Shown: piece after piece, positions 9,740-20,923 of the stretch
How positions within the stretch are numbered: the first letter of the stretch is position 1
How the letters are laid out: the number at the start of each line of letters is the position of its first letter
DNA from: Planctomycetota bacterium
GTDB lineage: Bacteria; Planctomycetota; JAJSAM01; JAJVHW01
Reading direction: 5' to 3'
Length of the DNA stretch: 64,000 nt
Assembly: GCA_965248445.1 (NCBI GenBank)
Contig: CBDFJG010000002.1
Location: 800,001 to 864,000 of the forward strand
Notes under the pieces: generated by a model
What the model was told of the DNA's origin: nothing
The model's input: only the letters and a program-made list of their open reading frames with translations
Database searches by the model: none
Made by a program: the position numbers and the translations under genes

Positions 9740-9821
9740 GGATGCTCCACGCGGTCTCCCGTTCCGTCCGGGGAGTCAGGACGCGCGAAGCGGGCGCTTG
9801 GTTACATCGTCCGGCTGCTGA

Positions 9822-10487
9822 TCACTCGGACAGCGGCGTGTCCGTCTGCACGCCGAGCATCGACAACATCCCGTCGGCCGCGAGGCGCATGGGCGTCGTG
9901 TCGGCGTACGTCTTCGACAAGAGGTACCCGCCCTGGATGAACCCGAGCGTCAGCGCGGCGAGCTTCGCGGGCTCCGGCGCGTTGTCCGGCAGTTCACCGC
10001 GCTCCGCCGCGTCGCGGTACAGGCGCTCGAGCACGCGCGCGAATCCGTCGAACGTCTGGATCAGCTTCTGACGGAAGCGATCGTTGTGCTCTGCCTCCGC
10101 GTTGGCCAGCGTCCCGAACGGACACCCGCCGCGACAGTGGTCCACCTCAAGGCGGTCGATGAGCCCGTCCACCATGAAGCGCACCCGCGCGAGCGGCGCC
10201 AGGTCCTCCCGCTCGAGGGACGGCCCGATGACGGCCTCGGTGAGGTCGTCGAGCCATGTGTCCATGACCGCGAGGGCCAGGTCCTCCTTGCTCTTGAAGT
10301 GGTAGTAGAAGTTGCTCCGCACCACTCCGGACTCACGCAGGATGCGATCGAGCGAGACGTGCCGGTATCCGTCCTCGTGGAACAGCAGCGCGGCGGTCTC
10401 GATCAGCCGCGCTCGGCTCGACCGGGGCTTGGCCGGGGGGGACGCCTCGACGGCGGCGGGCGGCGGCAGGCTGTCGTGGTCTGGCAT
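9822..10487 (-). CDS. TetR/AcrR family transcriptional regulator
   Basis: RARLIETAALLF..SNFYYHFKSKEDL HTH; GCPFG C-terminal motif. Confidence 0.92.
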   Translation of the reverse strand: MPDHDSLPPPAAVEASPPAKPRSSRARLIETAALLFHEDGYRHVSLDRILRESGVVRSNFYYHFKSKEDLALAVMDTWLDDLTEAVIGPSLEREDLAPLARVRFMVDGLIDRLEVDHCRGGCPFGTLANAEAEHNDRFRQKLIQTFDGFARVLERLYRDAAERGELPDNAPEPAKLAALTLGFIQGGYLLSKTYADTTPMRLAADGMLSMLGVQTDTPLSE

Positions 10488-10625
10488 GGGCTCCGTGTGC
10501 GCTCTCTGTGTACTCCGGGGGATTGTCCAGGCTGCCCGGGACCCGAAACGGAGAAACCGGACGACATCTTCCGATTTTAGGACGAACTGGTCAGTCCTAA
10601 TCGTTCCATGAGGTAGGAGGACCCG

Positions 10626-11180
10626 ATGACCGCCCACGCCGTCGCCATCGACGCAGTCACCCGCCGCATCCTGTCCGAACAGCCCTTCCTGAAGCGCCTG
10701 GCGCTGCGCCTCTCGCGCCGCAGCCCGGACGCCGACGACCTGGTCCAGGAGACGCTCCTGCGGGCGTATCGGGCTCGCGAGCGCTTCCAGCGCGGCACCT
10801 CCATGCGGGCCTGGTTGGCCACGATCCTGCGGAGGCTGTTCCTGACCGGCGCCATCAAGGCGAAGCGCCGCGGCACCCAGACCGCCACCGATGCCGGCGA
10901 CGCGGTTTCGTTCGCCGCCATGCCGGACCGCGAGGACACGTCCGAGCTGACCCGCGCCCAGCGTCTCGAGCAAGTCGACGACCGGCTCCTGAGCGCGCTC
11001 CAGCGCGTGCCGCAGGTGTACCGCGAGCCGTTCGAGATGTTCTCGCTCGACGGGCTCTCCTACGCCGACATCGCCACACGGATCGACGTGCCGGTCGGCA
11101 CCGTGATGAGCCGCATCCACCGCGCGCGGACGCGGATCAAGGCATCGCTGGTCGAGAGCGGATACCGCGCGGCGTCCTAG
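10626..11180 (+). CDS. ECF RNA polymerase sigma factor
   Basis: DADDLVQETLLRAY region 2 and GTVMSRIHRAR region 4; AGGAGG RBS. Confidence 0.93.
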   Translation: MTAHAVAIDAVTRRILSEQPFLKRLALRLSRRSPDADDLVQETLLRAYRARERFQRGTSMRAWLATILRRLFLTGAIKAKRRGTQTATDAGDAVSFAAMPDREDTSELTRAQRLEQVDDRLLSALQRVPQVYREPFEMFSLDGLSYADIATRIDVPVGTVMSRIHRARTRIKASLVESGYRAAS

Positions 11181-11210
11181 CCCCGCGCATCCCGCAATCG
11201 CGGTCGGGCT

Positions 11211-13181
<1,971 letters not shown>

Positions 13182-13922
13182 AGTTCACGGCGGCGGCGGG
13201 CGTCCTGGAAGCGGCGCTCCTCGGCCGCGGTCTCCGGTAGCACCGGCGGCACCGGGGTCGGCCGCATGTCGTCGCCCAGCGCCACGAACGTGAAGTACGC
13301 GGACGCCGTGTGCCGTAGCTCCGACGTCGTCGGGTCCTCGCCCCAGCAGCGCACACCGACCTCCATCGAGGTGCGCCCGGCGTGGTTCACCGACGCCTTG
13401 AGCACAAGCAGCTCGCCGATCCGGACCGGGTTGATGAAGTCGATGCGATCCACCGAGGCCGTGACACACGGCCGACGGGCGTGCCGCTGGGCGGCCACCG
13501 CGGCCACGATGTCCATGTGGTGCATGACCACGCCGCCGAGGGCATTGCCCAGGGTGTTGGCGTTGTTGGGCAGCACGAGCTGGATCATCTCCGCCTGTGA
13601 GGCCGAGACCGGCTTCGGGGGGAGCTGTTTGGTTGCGTTCATGGTGGTGTTGCAGCCCCCGCCCACTGATCGGCACAGTCTGGTCGCCGTACCTCCCAGA
13701 GGAGGCTCCCGGGGCGCTCGGTCACGCTACTTGAGAGTGTACGGCCCCGAAGAAAACGAGCGCCTGGAGGCGCGCCGCCACGCTCGTGCTGCGCTTGCAG
13801 AAACGCGCTCGTCCCACCTATGCTTCCCGGGGCCGGCGGCGCGCGCGGCCGCCACCCGGGAGCCTTCCCGGGGCCACAGAAAGGACCCCCGCACCTGCCG
13901 GGGGGATCAGGGACACCCGCCC

Positions 13923-15560
13923 ATGCGCTCACGCCACCAACCCCGCCCCAGTATCTTCCACTCTGGGGTCTTCTTCCGCCGTTGTTCGGTCGCACTGGTC
14001 GCCGCGGCGATCGTGTTCGCCGCCTCCGCCACAGCCGTCGCCGGCGCGCTCGAGGACGCCCTCGCCAAGAAGGCCGAGGGCAAGTTCGCCGAAGCCGTGC
14101 CGCTATTCGAGCGGGCCGTGGCCGAAAACGGGTCGAGCGCCGACGCGGCGCTCGGGCTCGGTCAGGTGCTCGCGGGCCTGGGCCGGTACGACGCCGCCGT
14201 CAAGGCGCTCAGCGCGGGCGCCAAGGCGAACCCCGAGCACGTCGGACTGATGGTCGAACGCGCGCGCACCCACCTACTGATCGCCGATGCCGGCAACGCA
14301 TCAGGCGAGGACGGCGCGAAGATCCTGAGCGACGCGGCGGACGCCGAACTGTGGCTCAAGAAGGCGCTCAAGGCCGACGAGAAGTCCGCGGACGCCCGCG
14401 TGCTCATGGGCAAGGTCAAGCGCTATCAGGGCGGCGGCGACAGCGACGAGGCGATCGCGTGGGTCAAGGGCGTGCTCGCCGACTTCCCCGACCACTTCGA
14501 CGCGAACTGGGAACTGGGGCAGTACCACTTCCGCCGCGGACGCTTGAAGCAGAGCAAGGGCAAGGACGACTGGGCCGCCGCCGAGACGCAGTTCGCCAAG
14601 TGCATGCAGATCGATCCGAAGAGCGGCCTGGCGGTGTTCAACCGCACGCTCGCGATGGCGTGGCTCGGCAAGTCCTACGCCGAGCTCGCGCCGGGCTACG
14701 AGCAGGCGTCCAAACTGCTGCCGGGTGACGAGAACCCGCTGCGTCAGCTCTACAAGGCGACAGGCGGCGACAAGGCGGGCCGCGTCGCAGCGTTCGAGCG
14801 CGTCGATGCGTCACGCCCGGGCGACAAGACGGTGCTCCTTTACCTCGCGTACGCACAGTCCGAGGCCGGCGACCGCGAAGCAGGACTCGCCACGCTCGTG
14901 CGCGCGGAGAAGGCATCGCCCGGCGACCCCTACATCGCGCTCAACCGCGGACATCTGCTGCTCGACATGGAGCGGATAGACGACGCCATGAAGGCGTACA
15001 CCGAGACCCTCGATGCCTGCGGCGACGCGTACTACAAGGACATCTACGGACAGATCAACCAGCGCGCGTGGAACGGCACCGGCAACCCGACCCCTGAGCA
15101 GCGCGACGCGCTCTGGACGCTCCTCTGGAAGAAGTGGCCGACGGTCTCGGACGCGCCGAACAACGCGGGGCTCTGGTACCGCGACAACTCGAGGGGGCGG
15201 GACAAGAAGGCCCGCGAGAAGCGCAGCTCGATCTGGTACCTGCGCGCGGTCGAAGCGGCACCGCAGAACGTCCAGATCCTCAACGACTGCGGACTGATCT
15301 TCCACGACCACCTGGCGGAGTTCGACCGTGCTGCGGAGTACTACCAACGCGCGGTCGAGGCCGGCGGCGACCAGGGGCTGAATTGGAACGGCGAAGGCGG
15401 GATCGATCACGTCGGCTACCGCGACGCGATCAACAACTACGGCAAGCTGCTCGTCGCGACCAAGCAGTGGAAGACGTTGCAGGCGTTCGCGGAGACACAC
15501 GTTCCCGTGGACCACCCGAGCCGCGAGACATGGATCAAGATGGGGAAGGCCGGCAAGTGA
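13923..15560 (+). CDS. Exported tetratricopeptide repeat protein
   Basis: Signal peptide ending AVA and multiple TPR-like helix pairs; start uncertain. Confidence 0.8.
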   Translation: MRSRHQPRPSIFHSGVFFRRCSVALVAAAIVFAASATAVAGALEDALAKKAEGKFAEAVPLFERAVAENGSSADAALGLGQVLAGLGRYDAAVKALSAGAKANPEHVGLMVERARTHLLIADAGNASGEDGAKILSDAADAELWLKKALKADEKSADARVLMGKVKRYQGGGDSDEAIAWVKGVLADFPDHFDANWELGQYHFRRGRLKQSKGKDDWAAAETQFAKCMQIDPKSGLAVFNRTLAMAWLGKSYAELAPGYEQASKLLPGDENPLRQLYKATGGDKAGRVAAFERVDASRPGDKTVLLYLAYAQSEAGDREAGLATLVRAEKASPGDPYIALNRGHLLLDMERIDDAMKAYTETLDACGDAYYKDIYGQINQRAWNGTGNPTPEQRDALWTLLWKKWPTVSDAPNNAGLWYRDNSRGRDKKAREKRSSIWYLRAVEAAPQNVQILNDCGLIFHDHLAEFDRAAEYYQRAVEAGGDQGLNWNGEGGIDHVGYRDAINNYGKLLVATKQWKTLQAFAETHVPVDHPSRETWIKMGKAGK

Positions 15561-16672
15561 CCCACCGCCAGATACTCTCGCTCACGCTCATGGGCGCTTT
15601 CGGACTCCTCTTGCCCGCGGCATGCGGAGGCGAGACGGAAGCCGCGGCGACGCAGGACGACGCCGCGGCCGGGCCTGTGGTCACCGCCGGCGCCCTCGAA
15701 GTCAGTGCGAGTGCGCCCAAGACGGCGACGCTCGGTCAGATGATCCAGCTCACGGTCACGCTGAAGAACACGGGCGGCGCCGCGGAGCGCGTCAACGTCC
15801 CGCGTCTCGGCCGGCACTCCGTCGCCGTGAAGGTCAGCCGCGACGGCGCCAAGACCACGTGGCTTGAACGGCTGCATGCGGATCTCGACGAGCGAACGGG
15901 TGACTTCAAGTGGAAGATGCCCGAGTCGCGCGACCTCGAAGCCGGCAAGACGCTGAGCGTCGAGATCCCGATCGTTGCGACGGTGGTCGGTAAGCAGACG
16001 CTCGTCGCGCAATACCGCCGCGCCGGCGAGGATCCGGTGACCTGCTCACCGCTCGAGATCGAGGTGAAGCCCGACGGCGAGAAGTCGAACCTGGGTGTCC
16101 GCCTGGCGACGACTCATGGCGACCTCGTGGTCAAGCTGCGCGGCGACCTCGCGATGAACACCGTCGAGAGCTTCGCGTCGCTGGTCGCCAAGGGCTACTT
16201 CGACGGCCTGACGTTTCACCGCATCGTGGCTGGCTTCATGGCGCAGGGCGGCGATCCCAAGGGCACGGGCGGCGGCGGCCCCGGGTACTACCTGCCCCTC
16301 GAGGCGCACAGCGACCTGCTGCACGACCGTGGCGTGCTGTCGATGGCGCGGACGAACGTCCCCGACACGGCGGGGTCGCAGTTCTTCCTGATGTTCACGC
16401 GCTATCCGTCACTCGACCCGATGCCGCCGCGCAGCCCGGGCTACACGGCGTTCGGCGAGACCGTCGAGGGCGACGACACGCTGAAGAAGATGGAAGCCGT
16501 GCCGGTCCAGTGGAATCGGCCCGAGGTCATCGAGGATCTGAAGCGCCGCGGCGCCGTGGGCGCGCGCCTCGAGCAGGCGCTGCAGCAACTCGCGCGGCAG
16601 GGTCAGATCGAGAAGTCGCAACCCACCGAGCGCGTCGCGATCGAGAAGGCGACGCTCCTCACGCTGAAGTAG
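15557..16672 (+). CDS. Lipoprotein with cyclophilin-type peptidyl-prolyl isomerase domain
   Basis: Lipobox-like PAAC; FHRIVAGFMAQGGDP and SMART..GSQFF motifs; GTGA overlap with TPR gene. Confidence 0.92.
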   Translation: MTHRQILSLTLMGAFGLLLPAACGGETEAAATQDDAAAGPVVTAGALEVSASAPKTATLGQMIQLTVTLKNTGGAAERVNVPRLGRHSVAVKVSRDGAKTTWLERLHADLDERTGDFKWKMPESRDLEAGKTLSVEIPIVATVVGKQTLVAQYRRAGEDPVTCSPLEIEVKPDGEKSNLGVRLATTHGDLVVKLRGDLAMNTVESFASLVAKGYFDGLTFHRIVAGFMAQGGDPKGTGGGGPGYYLPLEAHSDLLHDRGVLSMARTNVPDTAGSQFFLMFTRYPSLDPMPPRSPGYTAFGETVEGDDTLKKMEAVPVQWNRPEVIEDLKRRGAVGARLEQALQQLARQGQIEKSQPTERVAIEKATLLTLK

Positions 16673-16680
16673 GCTGCTAA

Positions 16681-17649
16681 CCCGAATCGTTCACCAGCCG
16701 GGAATCTGAGCGGGCCGTCGTCTGTCTAAGTGCTCGTACTCGCTAGTACTTGCACCGACAGGAGCGCCGGCCCGATGACGACAGACTGTAGCCCGCAGGG
16801 GACCCTCTTCGCGGGCATCTGTGGACGCACCGCGGTGACGCGCTTCGACGCCGGTACCGTGACGAGCGACGGGGGCGTGCTGCTGCTCGAGCGGACCGAT
16901 CGTCGCATCGATCTGCTCTCGCGGTTTGCGCGCTGCTTCGGGGACCACCGGGACCCGCGTCGGGTCGAGCACACGGTCGGCCAGATGCTGCGTCAGCGGG
17001 TCTTCGGGCTGTGCGCGGGCTACGAGGATCTGGTGGACCACGACCATGTCGGCAAGGACCCGCTGTTTGCCGCGGCGTGCGGCAAGCGCGAGGGTGCTCT
17101 GGCCACGCACCCGACGCTCTCGCGGCTCGAGACCACGCAGCTCGGCGCCACGGCACAGACGCGCTACGCCAAGATCGAGATGGACCAGGAGCGCGTGGAC
17201 AGCGTGCTCAGCGACGTCTTCTGCGAGGCCATGGGGCCGGAGGATCCGGGCCTGCTCGTGCTGGACCTGGACCACTCCGACGTGCGGCTGCACGGCCGGC
17301 AGGAGGGCCGCTTCTTCCACGGCTACTACGGGCACTACTGCTACCTGCCGCTGTACGTCTTCTGCGGCGAGCACCTCTTGCTCGCTCGGCTCCAGACCGC
17401 TGACAGAGATCCCGCGCGCGGAGTCGTGGACGAGCTCCGTGCGCTGGTCTTACGTCTGCGGCGCCGCTGGCCCCGGGCCAAGGTGCTCGTGCGCGCAGAC
17501 TCGGGCTTTTGCCGCGAGGAGCTGATGGCCTGGTGCGAGGCCGCCGGCCACTTCTACCTGCTGGGCATGGCGCGCAATGAGCGCCTTGAGCGACACGTCG
17601 AAGACGCGCTCGATGAGGCCGCAGCCCGTGCCGTGCAGACCGGCCGAGC
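16681..17649 (+). mobile_element. IS1380-family element, 5' part only; transposase from 16775 is truncated
   Basis: Near-identical to the intact copy at 28488-30156; cut by IS3 at 17650. Confidence 0.9.
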
Positions 17650-17704
17650 TGGAGTTCCCCCGGTTCGGTGGACACCCGACCACTGAGGTTGGGAGGATGT
17701 CCAG

Positions 17705-18019
17705 ATGCCCAGATCGAGACCACCGTACGACGAGGAGTACAAGCGCCAGATCGTCGAGTTGCACCGCGCCGGCCGGAGCGTGATGAGCCTGTGCCGCGAG
17801 TTCGAGCCGACGGAGATGACGATCCGCAAGTGGATCAAGCAGGCCGCGCTGGACGCCGGAGAGCGTGACGACGGCTTGACCACCGCGGAGCGCGATGAGC
17901 TGCGCAAGCTCAGACGAGATGTGCGCCGGCTGCGCGAGGAGCGCGACATCTTGAAAAAAGCCGCGGCCTGGTTCGCTCGGGAGACGCGCTCGATCCCAGA
18001 GAAGGGTTCGGGTTCGTGA
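17705..18019 (+). CDS. IS3 transposase OrfA
   Basis: HTH plus leucine zipper; A AAA AAG slippery site at 17954-17960. Confidence 0.9.
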   Translation: MPRSRPPYDEEYKRQIVELHRAGRSVMSLCREFEPTEMTIRKWIKQAALDAGERDDGLTTAERDELRKLRRDVRRLREERDILKKAAAWFARETRSIPEKGSGS

Positions 18020-18873
18020 GCGATCACCAGGCAGAGCACGACGTGGCCACCATGTGTCGGGTCCTCGGCGTCTCGAGGAGCGGGTACTACGCATCGCGCG
18101 GCCGTGCGCCCTCGAAGAGAGATCGCGAGGACGCTGCCCTGACCGAGCGCGTCCGCGAGATCCACGAGCGCTCTCGCCAGACGTACGGATCACCGCGCAT
18201 CCATGCCGAGCTGCGCTACGAGGGCCTCCACATCGGTAGGAAGCGCGTCGAGCGCCTCATGCGCCAGGCTGGGATCGAGGGCGTGAGCCGCCGCAAGAGA
18301 GCCAAGACCACGAAGCGCTCGCAGCGTCAGGCGCCGGCCGCCGACCTGGTCGATCGCGACTTCACGGCCGACGCACCCGATCAGCTCTGGGTGGCCGACA
18401 TCACGTACGTGCCGACCTGGACGGGGTTCCTGTACCTGGCGGTCGTCCTCGACGTCTGGAGCCGCCGGATCGTCGGCTGGTCCATGGCCACGACGCTCCA
18501 CACCAAGATCGTGCTGGACGCACTCGAGATGGCCGTGCGCCAGCGCCAGCCCCTCGGAGTCGTCCACCACTCCGACCAGGGCTGCCAGTACACGTCGCTC
18601 GCCTTCGGGCGGCGCTGCAGAGAAGCGGGCGTCAGGCCGTCCATGGGATCGGTCGCAGACGCCTACGACAACGCCATGTGCGAGAGCTTCTTCGCCACGC
18701 TCGAGACCGAGTTGATCGACCGCACCAGCTTTTCGACCAAGTCCGCAGCGCGGTTGGCGGTGTTCGACTTCATCGAGGGCTTCTACAATCCGCAGCGGCG
18801 ACACTCCTCCATCGAGGACCTGTCGCCCATCGAGTTCGAGAGGCGGCGACGGCCGGAGGCCGCCGTATCATAG
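18016..18873 (+). CDS. IS3 transposase OrfB (DDE)
   Basis: WVADITY, HSDQGCQY, DNAMCESFF. Confidence 0.95.
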   Translation: MSDHQAEHDVATMCRVLGVSRSGYYASRGRAPSKRDREDAALTERVREIHERSRQTYGSPRIHAELRYEGLHIGRKRVERLMRQAGIEGVSRRKRAKTTKRSQRQAPAADLVDRDFTADAPDQLWVADITYVPTWTGFLYLAVVLDVWSRRIVGWSMATTLHTKIVLDALEMAVRQRQPLGVVHHSDQGCQYTSLAFGRRCREAGVRPSMGSVADAYDNAMCESFFATLETELIDRTSFSTKSAARLAVFDFIEGFYNPQRRHSSIEDLSPIEFERRRRPEAAVS

Positions 18874-18906
18874 TCCCCGGGTGTCCACCGAACCGGGGGA
18901 ACTCCA

Positions 18907-19033
18907 CCCCGAAGCAGCGCGCAAACCGCGAGAGCAGATCGATGCGACGATCGACCCGCTCGAGCAGCAGCACGCCCCCGTCGCTCGTCACGGTACCGGC
19001 GTCGAAGCGCGTCACCGCGGTGCGTCCACAGAT
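18907..19033 (-). mobile_element. Inverted internal fragment of IS1380 transposase
   Basis: Matches about 29894-30020, including the ERVDRR allele. Confidence 0.85.
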
Positions 19034-19090
19034 CCCTCTGTGCCAACGTGGCTGAGACACCGACCCCACGGATGATTACTGTGCAGGGCG

Positions 19091-19609
19091 GTGGAGGAAC
19101 CAGCGATGACGAACAACCACAACACAGCGCCGGGGGAGATCCCGGAGCCGAGGGAGGGCGAGCATAGCGAGCGCGATCGAGGCGGAGGGGGCTCCCCCGG
19201 GGCGCGCGGCCCGGGGGACGTTGGGGTGCGCGACCCCGAGGTCGTGCCGCGCGCCTCGCGGCGGCGCTTTGGCGCCGCGTACAAGCTACGGATCATCGAG
19301 GCGGCGGACGCGTGCACGAAGCCCGGCGAGATCGGCGCTCTCTTGCGCCGTGAGGGGCTGTACTCCTCGCACTTGTTGACGTGGCGGCGCGCGCGGGACC
19401 AGGGCCAGCTCGAGGCGCTCTCGCCCAAGCGGCGTGGTCCCAAGCCCGATCCGGACCGTGCGCTCAAGAAGCGCAACGAGCAGCTCGAGCGCGAAGTCGC
19501 CCGTCTCGAGAAGCGGCTCGAGACGGCCGAGGTGATCATCGACGTGCAGCGAAAAGTCTCACGGCTGCTGGGCATCGAGATGCCCGAGACGAGCGGGAGC
19601 GACACGTGA
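19091..19609 (+). CDS. IS3-like transposase OrfA
   Basis: RRRF..YKLRII, GALLRREGLYSSHL..WR, coiled coil. Confidence 0.85.
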   Translation: MEEPAMTNNHNTAPGEIPEPREGEHSERDRGGGGSPGARGPGDVGVRDPEVVPRASRRRFGAAYKLRIIEAADACTKPGEIGALLRREGLYSSHLLTWRRARDQGQLEALSPKRRGPKPDPDRALKKRNEQLEREVARLEKRLETAEVIIDVQRKVSRLLGIEMPETSGSDT

Positions 19610-20634
19610 TTGCGGCGGAGGAGCTGGGGGGACGCGTGGGCGTCGCCCCCGCGTGCCGCGCGCTCGGAGTCACGCGCGCCACGCTCTATCGGCGCCGAAC
19701 GGCACGCACGTGCCCCCGGCCCCAGCAGCCGCGCCGGCGCTCGCCGCGCGCCCTCACGATCGACGAGCGTCTTACCGTACTCGCGGTGCTGAGCGAGGAG
19801 CGCTTCTGCGATCTGTCACCGCTTGCGGCGTGGGCGATCCTGCTCGACGAGGGACGCTACCTGTGCTCGGTGCGCACGATGTACCGCATCCTCGGTGCGG
19901 CTGGTGCTGTGCGTGAGCGCCGCAACCAGCTGCGTCATCCCGCGTACAAGAAGCCCGAGCTCCTCGCGACCTCCCCGAACCAGGTCTGGAGCTGGGACAT
20001 CACCAAGCTCCGCGGCCCGGTGAAGTGGAGCTACTTCTATCTCTACGTCGTGCTCGACATCTACTCCCGCAACGTCGTGGGCTGGATGCTGGCGGACTGC
20101 GAGAGCGGTGCGCTGGCGACGGCACTCATCGAGCAGTCCTGCGAGAAGCAGGGGATCGCGGCGGAGCAGCTCACGATCCACTCCGATCGGGGGCCGCCGA
20201 TGATCAGCAAGCCGGTGGCCTTTCTGCTCGCCGATCTCGGCGTGACGAAGTCGCACAGCCGGCCGTACACGTCGAATGACAATCCGTTTTCCGAGAGCCA
20301 ATTCCGCACGCTGAAGTACCGGCCGGACTTCCCAGCGCGCTTCGGCTGCATCGAGGACGCGCGGGCGCACTGCCGCGCCTTTTTCCACTGGTACAACCGC
20401 GAGCATCGTCACTCGAGTCTCGGGCTGCTGACGCCCGAGACCGTGCACTACGGCCGCGCCGAAGCGGCCGTCGCCGCGCGCTCGGTCGTGCTCGATGCCG
20501 CGTACGCGGCGCATCCCGAGCGCTTCGTGCGCCGTGCGCCGACGCCGCCGGCTCTGCCGACCGAGACGTGGATCAACCCGCCGGCCCGGGAACTCGCGGC
20601 GCTGGAGACTGCGACACAGGAGGCTGCTCACTAA
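19606..20634 (+). CDS. IS3-like transposase OrfB (DDE)
   Basis: WSWDITKL, HSDRG, NDNPFSESQF; GTGA coupling to OrfA. Confidence 0.92.
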   Translation: MIAAEELGGRVGVAPACRALGVTRATLYRRRTARTCPRPQQPRRRSPRALTIDERLTVLAVLSEERFCDLSPLAAWAILLDEGRYLCSVRTMYRILGAAGAVRERRNQLRHPAYKKPELLATSPNQVWSWDITKLRGPVKWSYFYLYVVLDIYSRNVVGWMLADCESGALATALIEQSCEKQGIAAEQLTIHSDRGPPMISKPVAFLLADLGVTKSHSRPYTSNDNPFSESQFRTLKYRPDFPARFGCIEDARAHCRAFFHWYNREHRHSSLGLLTPETVHYGRAEAAVAARSVVLDAAYAAHPERFVRRAPTPPALPTETWINPPARELAALETATQEAAH

Positions 20635-20923
20635 ACTCGAAGACGCGGTGTCTCAAAGTCGTTGACACGTCCCGACAGGCCGATCGGTCACGCGTGTTCG
20701 GGGGCGCCGGCAGACTGCGCGTGCAGCGCCGCAAGGGCGGCGCGGCGCGCGCGGCGGCGTCCCCGGAGCGATGGGGGAGAGGTCGCGTCGGTGCCGCAGG
20801 GCAGGGCGGCGGATACAATCCCCCTGCCTGTGCATATAGCGTCCCCGGGATGACACCCGCTGACGTGTGTGCATAGGCAGGCAATCCCCTATCCGTCGCT
20901 ATCGTCTGCTCCGGGAGGCTGTG

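Larger units (their letters stand above)
17650..18906 (+). mobile_element. IS3-family element copy 1 (1257 bp)
   Basis: 29-bp perfect TIR TGGAGTTCCCCCGGTTCGGTGGACACCCG; no TSD. Confidence 0.95.
19034..20675 (+). mobile_element. Second IS3-like element copy 1 (about 1642 bp)
   Basis: Direct repeat of 23440-25081; imperfect IR TGTGCCAACGTGGCTGAGACACCG / CGGTGTCTCAAAGTCGTTGACACG. Confidence 0.9.

Noticed and set aside
10488..11120. N-terminal extension of the 432-aa TetR track ORF
   Set aside because: Antisense shadow of the ECF sigma gene
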